Both the position numbers and the translations under genes were made by a program. A DNA stretch of 11,640 nucleotides from Candidatus Zixiibacteriota bacterium (GTDB taxonomy: Bacteria > Zixibacteria > MSB-5A5 > UBA10806 > 4484-95): NCBI GenBank assembly GCA_029932605.1, contig JAOZPT010000066.1, forward strand, positions 1 to 11,640, read 5' to 3'. Positions 1-6,826 of this stretch are shown here, in pieces. Numbering within the stretch: the stretch's first letter is position 1; each line of letters starts with the position of its first letter. The notes under the pieces were generated by a model. The model saw nothing but the letters and a program-made list of their open reading frames with translations, did no database searches and was not told the origin of the DNA.

Positions 1-73
1 ATCATATCATTACATGCATTCAAAATAAATAACAAAGTGAATAAATTCAAGAAATAAACACCATATTATAATT

Positions 74-99
74 AAAAAAGGTGGCCTTACGGCCACCTT
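74..99 (-). terminator. Rho-independent terminator of the 975-aa gene
   Basis: Minus strand reads AAGGTGGCC-GTAA-GGCCACC-TTTTTT: a GC-rich perfect stem, a GNRA tetraloop and a U6 tail, 27 nt after the stop codon at 127. Confidence 0.9.
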
Positions 100-126
100 A
101 ATAAAATTGACAAATCCACCATGTTA

Positions 127-3054
127 CTATCTGAGAATCTCCAACATTGCGTCTTCCTTTTTTCCAGAGGACGATTGAATTGGACCGACGAGATCCTGGT
201 AAACAGATAAGGCAAGAACAGCCCTGGCCGCAACATCTGCCTGGCTTGCTCCACCGATGATGGCAAACGCAACCGTTTCAGATTCACCATTAGCCAGGTC
301 AAATGGGCCGTAACTGACTAACGAACTCATATCGTTGTAGTAATATGGTTGGATATCATCATTCACTCCGATGTAAGCGTATAACGTATCAGCATTCCAA
401 CCTTCCCATGGGTAGACAAAGTGATCCTGGCTTACACCAAAAAGCGTGTTTACCGACCCACTTACGAGCGCTATACCGAAAAATGTGGTGTCTCTGGCAG
501 TATACCAACCTTTTTGAATAATAAGGTTGTTGGCTCTGTCAAATGCAATTGTATCAGCCGAGCCGATATCCCAATCAAAGTAACAGGCGGCATAAAGACC
601 GGTTATCGCCGAGCCCGAGTTGTTGGTGATAACATACTCATGAATGAAGAAATCACCGGTATCAGCACCAGGGAACCCATAGCCTTGATAATCGACAACA
701 AGTCCCCCATACAAACTGTCGCCATCATCAAATTGTGTAATTGGGTGGAAACTATCTGATGAATCCAGATCGGCTGTAGCCCGGAACGGTTTGTTGTTTT
801 CACCATTGCCGTAATCGAGCATCATGGTCGAGCTTGAATTACCGAGAATGAAAGTGCCTTCGTAATTGTAGGATCCGAGTTCATTCCAGTTATAGGTATT
901 TCCATAATTATCCGAATCACCCAGACGGCCATGGTTACTGACAGCACAGCTATCAAAGTTGCCGGATTCGGCTAAGAAATCGGTTGGCGTAGATGCAGTA
1001 AACAGATGTACCGGCAGGTTGAACGGGCTTAATGGATCATTAGAGGTTATGACGATATTTCCATCGTAATCAGTATAAGGGTCGAGACCAGCGGTATTTA
1101 TTTCAAAATCGATATCTACACTTTCAAGCCCCGGTAAACTGCCACTCGAAGGATTGAAATTCTGAAGCCAGGCTTCAGAACCAGAAACCGACCAGCTTAA
1201 ATCGGGTGTGCCAACAGCTCCCATGTTCGTTAGTGTAAACATCCGGCCAACAAGTCTATCAGGTGCTATGACTTCATCAAATTCCGATGGATTTACCGCT
1301 ACCTCTGGATTGGTTTGGTTAGGATATACTATAAAAGCTTCAATAAACCAGTCACCATAACCATTGAGATACCAATCCCATTCAGGTGGGTCACCACCAG
1401 GTCTCCACCAAAGGTCTCTTCCAAAACCATCATCAGGCGTTTCAAATGTATTGGAGACATCACAGTATGCTGAACTATCATTCATGTGACCTATCGCAAA
1501 ACTCTGTCCTGCCGTAAGAACTATTGGGTTATCAGTAAAATCAAATTCGTAAAGGAATTCTTGCTGTCCTCCAGGTATAGTGTAGGGGCCATCAAGGAAT
1601 AAAGGATTTTCAAGGTCTGGCACTTCTCTATCAAGAGTGTCTATGTATGTTGGCCAGACACCGTAATAGACATCACCTCCCTGCCCCTCTTCGGTAACAG
1701 CCACCCAGAGTCTGCCACCGGAAAGAAAACCATCCTCAAGAGCAGTAAACATTTCACACCAGACCCAACCGGTAAAATCAGCGGCAATATATCTGTACTG
1801 CGTTTCTTCTGGGTCATAATAACTTGCTACCTGATTCCTACATACAGTCAGTACTCTGCTCTTTGTGTTATTTGAAGGGTCCGTATCATCCGGGACAATA
1901 ATCTCCACCTCAATGGTGTAATTACCGTTAACAGTTGGTGTGAAGAGATCTGGGAAATATACTGAAGTATCTGCACCGGCTGGAACTTCAACTCCTGTAA
2001 TGCTGGAAGTATGCACAGGTGCTGAGTTAGGGTCAAAGATAGTTAGATTTGCATCCACAGTAGCCGCTATACCACCAACATCAACAATTCTTACACCATA
2101 TTCCCCGGCTACACCGCCAATACCATGAGCGTCAAAAACATCGGTAGGTACTCTTATCATTCCAACCGCCATGTCAGGTACCGATTCAGAGATCATAAGG
2201 TCAAAAATCGTAATACAATCCGGAGTTGGATAAGTATCAACCATTATGTAATAAGAACCTGGCTCCAGTTGGATATTTACCATACCATGAGTAGTAGCAG
2301 AAGGGCTGGTAGAAAATCCCATACAATCCAAAGGGCCACCTTCCCCTGGAGGAGTTTCCTCACAATACAGAATTTCGGGGTTAGAACCTTTGAAGAATGC
2401 AACAAGGAAAGTTACATCAGAACCGGTATATGAGCAGTTACCGTTAGCATCGCCAGCTGAGTATAACCAGCCTCCATCATAAGGGCAACTATCAGGAGGT
2501 GGGCTGCCAATGCCTTTGAAATAGCGAACACTGTAGGTTACATCGTTACCCATAGCATTGCCATCGCCATTGGCATCACCTGGAGTATAAGGACAACCAC
2601 TTGATGGACACAAGGAATCTATAAGTATCCCGGTCCAGCTGGTTGTATAAGGGTCTATCATTATGTTGATGGTAACTTCTTCTGTAACCACAAGTTCATA
2701 TATTATATCCTCACCACCATCATAGTAACCGAGACACGTTTGTTCATAGTCGTTAATTCTACCACAGGTAGTCTGGCCAACATCCGTATAAGGTAAATCT
2801 GCCGGTAAATTAATAACAATTGGATCATCGCAGTTATCACCGACATCAGGCACTAAACTGACATGATATGGAACGATTCTTTCTGGACGGTTCGACTCAT
2901 CCTCTATCACAAGTGGAGACAATGATGGCTGTTCCGGTGAATTTACAGGAGTTAATTTTGACCCGACATTGGAACTATTGGGCCTAACATCAGCTTCTGC
3001 AAATACCATCAACAACAACGCTATCGCTAAAGATAGTAGAAAAATTTTTTTCAT
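127..3054 (-). CDS. Secreted multidomain acidic protein with a dockerin-type-I-like module, CARDB-like and BACON-like Ig folds, and no recognisable catalytic domain
   Basis: 975-aa ORF with RBS GGGAGAG and a Sec signal peptide (MKKIFLLSLAIALLLMVFAEA). aa ~71-290 form a Cys-containing beta domain (GDNCDDP...YYIMVDTYP). aa ~154-236 carry two GDANG(D/N)xxxxGxDVTxxVxxFKG repeats typical of dockerin EF-hand-like loops. aa ~293-404 look CARDB-like (ending DxDPSNNT), aa ~583-685 look BACON/Ig-like (FTLTNMG...WL...PSSGSL...ITSND), and aa ~690-950 form a beta domain with YFDWDIG and GPFDLANGES motifs. All domain calls are by eye. Confidence 0.85.
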   Translation of the reverse strand: MKKIFLLSLAIALLLMVFAEADVRPNSSNVGSKLTPVNSPEQPSLSPLVIEDESNRPERIVPYHVSLVPDVGDNCDDPIVINLPADLPYTDVGQTTCGRINDYEQTCLGYYDGGEDIIYELVVTEEVTINIMIDPYTTSWTGILIDSLCPSSGCPYTPGDANGDGNAMGNDVTYSVRYFKGIGSPPPDSCPYDGGWLYSAGDANGNCSYTGSDVTFLVAFFKGSNPEILYCEETPPGEGGPLDCMGFSTSPSATTHGMVNIQLEPGSYYIMVDTYPTPDCITIFDLMISESVPDMAVGMIRVPTDVFDAHGIGGVAGEYGVRIVDVGGIAATVDANLTIFDPNSAPVHTSSITGVEVPAGADTSVYFPDLFTPTVNGNYTIEVEIIVPDDTDPSNNTKSRVLTVCRNQVASYYDPEETQYRYIAADFTGWVWCEMFTALEDGFLSGGRLWVAVTEEGQGGDVYYGVWPTYIDTLDREVPDLENPLFLDGPYTIPGGQQEFLYEFDFTDNPIVLTAGQSFAIGHMNDSSAYCDVSNTFETPDDGFGRDLWWRPGGDPPEWDWYLNGYGDWFIEAFIVYPNQTNPEVAVNPSEFDEVIAPDRLVGRMFTLTNMGAVGTPDLSWSVSGSEAWLQNFNPSSGSLPGLESVDIDFEINTAGLDPYTDYDGNIVITSNDPLSPFNLPVHLFTASTPTDFLAESGNFDSCAVSNHGRLGDSDNYGNTYNWNELGSYNYEGTFILGNSSSTMMLDYGNGENNKPFRATADLDSSDSFHPITQFDDGDSLYGGLVVDYQGYGFPGADTGDFFIHEYVITNNSGSAITGLYAACYFDWDIGSADTIAFDRANNLIIQKGWYTARDTTFFGIALVSGSVNTLFGVSQDHFVYPWEGWNADTLYAYIGVNDDIQPYYYNDMSSLVSYGPFDLANGESETVAFAIIGGASQADVAARAVLALSVYQDLVGPIQSSSGKKEDAMLEILR

Positions 3055-3135
3055 ATCTTTCTCTCCCGAAAAAAAGTTGTTAAACTATAAACTTTACTAC
3101 CTTTAACCTGATTTCCACAATGCTAAAAGTTAACT

Positions 3136-3190
3136 AAAAAAACCGACCTTAAGAACTATTCCGTTTTAAACATCACCTCCTTAAGAGGTC
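3136..3190 (-). promoter_or_regulatory. Leader element: strong orphan Shine-Dalgarno, 5-codon mini-ORF (MFKTE*), imperfect hairpin and U7 tract
   Basis: Minus strand: GACCTCTTAAGGAGGTGATGTTTAAAACGGAATAGTTCTTAAGGTCGGTTTTTTT. TAAGGAGGTGAT (3183-3172) is a 12-nt complement of the canonical 16S rRNA 3' end. ATG at 3173 to TAG at 3156. The arms GACC(TC)TTAAG and CTTAAGGTC can pair. Confidence 0.5.
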
Positions 3191-3304
3191 AAAAATTTAA
3201 GGAATTTATATAACGAAGTACATCTTTAAAACTGAGCAAATTTGAAACTCGTATTAGTCACTATTAACCAAGAAGATAACAAAATTATACACCATCCTAT
3301 TATA

Positions 3305-3332
3305 ATTATAAATTTTAATATTTATTTGTCAA
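3305..3332 (-). promoter_or_regulatory. sigma70-type promoter for the 975-aa gene
   Basis: TTGACA (3332-3327), 16-nt spacer, TATAAT (3310-3305), immediately followed by a second TATAAT (3304-3299). It points toward the ATG at 3054. Confidence 0.75.
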
Positions 3333-3370
3333 GAAGAATCTTAAGAGAAATTTCCCCGAAAGTTTTTGTA

Positions 3371-3383
3371 AATCAGTAAGTTG
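3371..3383 (+). promoter_or_regulatory. Possible IHF-like binding site
   Basis: AATCAG-TAAG-TTG matches the IHF consensus WATCAR-N4-TTR and has a T-rich tract on its 5' side. It lies ~40 bp upstream of the -35 box. The motif is short and the DNA is AT-rich. Confidence 0.3.
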
Positions 3384-3407
3384 GTTTCCTAGTGCAATTG
3401 ATTTATT

Positions 3408-3431
3408 TAGTTCCCTGCCATGCAAGGACTA
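3408..3431 (-). terminator. Stem-loop downstream of the spoIID-like gene (possible operon 3' end structure)
   Basis: Minus strand TAGTCCTTGC-ATG-GCAGGGAACTA can form a ~10-bp stem with one G-U pair and one bulge, 35 nt after the stop codon. There is no U-tract on this strand. Confidence 0.35.
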
Positions 3432-3466
3432 CATTTTCTTAGATTGCAAAAATTCAATATCTGCTT

Positions 3467-4807
3467 CTAATAAATCTTTTCTATATGAATACCCTTGTAA
3501 TATGTTTTAAGTATCTCCATACAAGATTGGCCAGCTCGGGCTCTACCGATAGCTCCACACTGGCACATCCCCACACCATGACCATTTCCTGCCCCAACCA
3601 ACATCATTGACTTTATTTTATTCTTATCCCTTCTTATCTTCGCTTTGAACCTAGTTGAGGGTAAAATAACATCCGGCATCGATGGCCTTGCCAAAGCCCA
3701 ACGGATCTTATCGGAGAATACTGCAAACTTACCAGTACTTGTCTTAACTGTCATCTCAATATTCCTACCGATTGATTGATCTTCCTTGAACTTAATATCT
3801 ATAAGTTTACCGAAACCTTTTTTGGGAAGTTGGCCCATGCGAGCTAAATAACGGCTGAGGTTTTCATTTAAATCTTTCAAAGTGTATCTTTCAGTCCAGA
3901 AATATGTCTTGGCCCACTGGCAATAATCACCGTCAACAGTGCCACTTAAATACTCTATTTTACTGCCACCCCAAATTTTTTCAACAGGTGCGGTTGAACC
4001 TCCACATACAGCATGATAATAAGCTGCAATAGGCAATCCATTTACTACCATAATCAAACCCTCGGTTTGTTCAACCGCCTTATTAAGCAGAGGAAGTTCT
4101 GCTCCAGCACCAAGGTATAACTGGTCATCGATAGAATTTTTTAGGTGCTTATCATTTGTTTGATTGGATAAACGCCATATAGCATAAGTACGGGCAGCAA
4201 TAGCCTGAGCTTTAGCTGCTTCGAATTCATTCTCACTACGTTCACCAATTTCGCCCGGCAAAACCCCTTTTAGATAATCCTCAATATCAACTAAATTAAA
4301 AACTTTTATCCTTAGTAACGGATTAGAAGAGTTATTATCAAGGTCTATAAAACATTCAATGTTCCCTCGATAGTCCCTGTCCTCAAAATTTACAAACATG
4401 TTTGGAAATCTGGGGCGGAATAGTACCGAGGACAACTCTTGAGCTAAAAGACCGTTACTATCTCTTATTGATATATAACCAATATCCCTTTTGGACTTTC
4501 GAATTATAAAAACACCTATTGCCGACGAAGTATAATAGATATCAGCCCTTTCTTCGTCACGATAACATTCTATAATCATCTCTGCCGACGATTTCACAGT
4601 AAGGCTGTCAAATGCGCCAAGTTCAACCCTTATCTGCCGATCAAATTCAATTCTTACAGGGGGTTTTTTCTTGGAGAAACCAAAAACCTGAGAAGTCAAT
4701 ATCCCAAAGATAAATAAAAAAAGACATATTATGGTTGGCAGATTTTGCCCAACACAACAGCCTTGTTTGCTCCGGTCACTGTTTTCAAATTGTACCTGTT
4801 TGAACAT
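3467..4807 (-). CDS. SpoIID/LytB domain protein (lytic transglycosylase family), exported or membrane-anchored; start codon uncertain
   Basis: Family motifs YRG, N.VDIEDYLKGVLPGE (catalytic Glu), EAAKAQAIAARTYA, DDQLY, YHAVCGG, LPSTRF and GNGHGVGMCQCGA. An N-terminal hydrophobic segment reads IICLFLFIFGILTSQVFG. The ATG at 4807 overlaps anmK by 79 nt, so a later start such as CTG at 4741 is plausible. Confidence 0.9.
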   Translation of the reverse strand: MFKQVQFENSDRSKQGCCVGQNLPTIICLFLFIFGILTSQVFGFSKKKPPVRIEFDRQIRVELGAFDSLTVKSSAEMIIECYRDEERADIYYTSSAIGVFIIRKSKRDIGYISIRDSNGLLAQELSSVLFRPRFPNMFVNFEDRDYRGNIECFIDLDNNSSNPLLRIKVFNLVDIEDYLKGVLPGEIGERSENEFEAAKAQAIAARTYAIWRLSNQTNDKHLKNSIDDQLYLGAGAELPLLNKAVEQTEGLIMVVNGLPIAAYYHAVCGGSTAPVEKIWGGSKIEYLSGTVDGDYCQWAKTYFWTERYTLKDLNENLSRYLARMGQLPKKGFGKLIDIKFKEDQSIGRNIEMTVKTSTGKFAVFSDKIRWALARPSMPDVILPSTRFKAKIRRDKNKIKSMMLVGAGNGHGVGMCQCGAIGRARAGQSCMEILKTYYKGIHIEKIY

Positions 4808-5901
4808 ATCGCCTCATTGGCTAATACTCCAAAACTTACTGCCTCAAGGTAATCCGATGGAAAACCGCAATCAAATGAATTGAGTATCTCAACATTTGGA
4901 AATATATCTTCAATGGCTTTTACGAAAAATAGGTTTTTAGCACCTCCACCTGCTAAAATAAGCCTATCAAAACGGAATTTGTTTACAACGCAACATCGTT
5001 TGAAGGCTTCAATGGTTAACATCGAGGCAGTATTCATAATATCATTTTTACTCAAACCCTTTTTTCGACATAGAGCGAGAAATTTTTCACCAAATTTTCG
5101 TCCGAATTTTTCCCGACCAGCCGATTTAGGACCTTTAAAGCCAAAAAACTTGCCAGAGAGAACTTTCCTTATTATAAAATCGTCTGCTATACCATAAGAT
5201 GCTAAACGGCCACCTTTATCATATCCAACTCTAAATAGTTTCTCAGCCAAGTAATCAACAAGCATGTTACCCGGCCCGGTATCACAACCAAAGACTTTAT
5301 AACCATTCCTGTATGGTGTGATTATTGTTATATTGGCAATACCACCGATATTAAGTACTCCTACCCTTAAGCTTTTTTCCCTGAAAACAATAGCATTGAC
5401 TATTGGCGTAAGAGGAGCACCCTGTCCACCGGCGGCAATATCAGCCACGCGAAAATCCCCAACTGTGACTATACCACATCCAACGGCGATTCGGGCGGGA
5501 TCAGCAAGCTGGCAAGTAAATGTCCCGAACCTTGACGCCGGTTTATGACGAATTGTCTGGCCATGTGAACCTATCAAAGCGATATCTTTGACCCTCAATC
5601 CGGCTGATCTTATTATACTTAACGTTGCTTGTGAGAAAAGTTTTGCCAGTATTATATCCAGTTTCAGCCAGCTTTCACCATCAGTGAAAGCTGGTTCCGC
5701 ACACCTCTTTATCTTCGTTTTTAACCTTTTGTCAAACTTGAAGGTCTTACCCATAATAAATTCAACTTTACTACCAAGACCATTGCCGATTATTTTAACC
5801 ACCGCAGCATCGATACCATCAGCTGAAGTTCCGCTATTCAAACCCACAACAATTTTTTCTTTTAAATCTATAATGTTTTTAAGGCAAAGTTTTCTTAACA
5901 T
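4729..5901 (-). CDS. anmK: Anhydro-N-acetylmuramic acid kinase
   Basis: Motifs GLNSGTSADGIDAA, IGSHGQTIRH, DFRxxDIAAGGQGAPL, LNIGGIANIT, DTGPGNML, GGGAKN, EAVSFG and VTGA. Length 390 aa is typical, and the gene is adjacent to nagZ. Confidence 0.95.
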   Translation of the reverse strand: MLRKLCLKNIIDLKEKIVVGLNSGTSADGIDAAVVKIIGNGLGSKVEFIMGKTFKFDKRLKTKIKRCAEPAFTDGESWLKLDIILAKLFSQATLSIIRSAGLRVKDIALIGSHGQTIRHKPASRFGTFTCQLADPARIAVGCGIVTVGDFRVADIAAGGQGAPLTPIVNAIVFREKSLRVGVLNIGGIANITIITPYRNGYKVFGCDTGPGNMLVDYLAEKLFRVGYDKGGRLASYGIADDFIIRKVLSGKFFGFKGPKSAGREKFGRKFGEKFLALCRKKGLSKNDIMNTASMLTIEAFKRCCVVNKFRFDRLILAGGGAKNLFFVKAIEDIFPNVEILNSFDCGFPSDYLEAVSFGVLANEAICSNRYNLKTVTGANKAVVLGKICQP

Positions 5902-6826
5902 CGCTTATTCTTTGCAAAGCCCCTTCATGCCCATGTTGTTGCAAAAGGTTCAAATTATCCTCAAGGCAATTTACTATTTCAGTGTAACTATCATGATCGT
6001 GGCATATCAAAGCCATATCATGACCAGCACATAAAGCCTTGAGAACCGCCTCTGGCAAGAGTAGCTTTTTTTTGATTGACTCCATAGATAAATCATCGGT
6101 AATCATGATTCCCCCGAAACCAAGTTCTCTGGCCAAACCGATAACCCTTTTTGAAAATGTAGCAATTTGATAATCTATGGCTGTTAATAAAAGGTGAGTC
6201 GTCATGATCATTTTTATACCTTTGGTGATACCGGCTTTGAAGGGTATGATATCGTTTCCCATAATCATCTCCTTTGATATACAGGAAAGGGCTACCTCGT
6301 TATGAGGGTCATTTACAGCCGAACCAAGACCGGGGAAGTGTTTAAGGCAACAAATCACATCATTTTCAGAAAAGCCTCTAAAAAAACTAAGAGAGTATTC
6401 AGCTGTTTGGGAAGGGTCATGAGAAAAAGTCCTATCGATAAGAGCCGGATTAACAAGCTGGTATGATAGATCGACGACTGGTGCAAGATTAATGTTTATG
6501 CCAATCTCCTTAAAGGTTTTACCAATTTTTTCACAAATTAACTTCAATTCTGCAAAATTATTAACATATTCAATTGGCTTTTTCAACGATTCAAATAAAC
6601 CCGCGAAACGCCTAACTCTGCCACCCTCAAAATCTATTGCTATAAAAGGTTTTACTGAACAAGCTTCGTTTATGTCAGCAATAAGTTTTTTAAGTTGGTT
6701 AAAATCTTTTGCATTCTGGTCAAATAAGACTACCCCACCAACCTGTTTATCGTTAAAAAATTTTTTAATTGAATTTGTTAATTGAGGCTCTCTTAAACCC
6801 AAAATCAGCCTCTGGGCGGGATTCAT
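5879..6826 (-). CDS. nagZ: beta-N-acetylhexosaminidase, GH3 single-domain NagZ type
   Basis: Motifs GGVVLF, IAIDFEGGRVRR, NLAPVVDL, KHFPGLGSAVNDPH (NagZ Asp-His dyad loop, DPH variant), IMTTH, ITDDLSM (nucleophile) and AGHDM. There is no signal peptide, so it is likely cytoplasmic. Confidence 0.92.
   Translation of the reverse strand: MNPAQRLILGLREPQLTNSIKKFFNDKQVGGVVLFDQNAKDFNQLKKLIADINEACSVKPFIAIDFEGGRVRRFAGLFESLKKPIEYVNNFAELKLICEKIGKTFKEIGININLAPVVDLSYQLVNPALIDRTFSHDPSQTAEYSLSFFRGFSENDVICCLKHFPGLGSAVNDPHNEVALSCISKEMIMGNDIIPFKAGITKGIKMIMTTHLLLTAIDYQIATFSKRVIGLARELGFGGIMITDDLSMESIKKKLLLPEAVLKALCAGHDMALICHDHDSYTEIVNCLEDNLNLLQQHGHEGALQRISDVKKTLP

Noticed and set aside
107..130. Possible antisense promoter (TTGACA...TGtTACTAT) at the 3' end of the 975-aa gene
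   Set aside because: The spacing between the -35 and -10 boxes is only 12 nt.
87..2433. Short alternative-frame and antisense ORFs within the 975-aa gene (87-302, 421-759, 603-806, 1848-2036, 1940-2128, 2125-2433)
   Set aside because: They overlap a clear long CDS almost entirely and show no recognisable motifs, so they are most likely shadow ORFs.
2347..2595. Dockerin as evidence for a cellulosome, or its duplicated segments as a DNA repeat or DGR element
   Set aside because: No cohesin or polysaccharide-degrading module is in the window. The duplication is the normal, diverged internal dockerin repeat, and there is no reverse transcriptase or adenine-specific TR/VR pair.
3172..3183. ATCACCTCCTTA as a 16S rRNA gene fragment
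   Set aside because: Only 12 nt match and the flanks are not rRNA-like. It is better explained as an SD on the minus strand.
3254..3295. 13-aa hydrophobic ORF MVYNFVIFLVNSD at the predicted transcript 5' end (minus strand)
   Set aside because: It is very short, has no real RBS, and is expected by chance in AT-rich DNA. It cannot be supported without Ribo-seq or conservation data.
3381..3397. sigma54-like GG...GC motif (TTGGTTTCCTAGTGCAA)
   Set aside because: The GG-to-GC spacing is 9 nt rather than the required 10, and it points away from any suitable gene start.
3055..3466. c-di-GMP or other known riboswitch in the long intergenic region (considered because a DGC is nearby)
   Set aside because: I could not find the c-di-GMP-I core (GCAAA/GNRA tetraloop-receptor pattern) or other riboswitch consensus by eye. 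An Rfam cmscan would be decisive.
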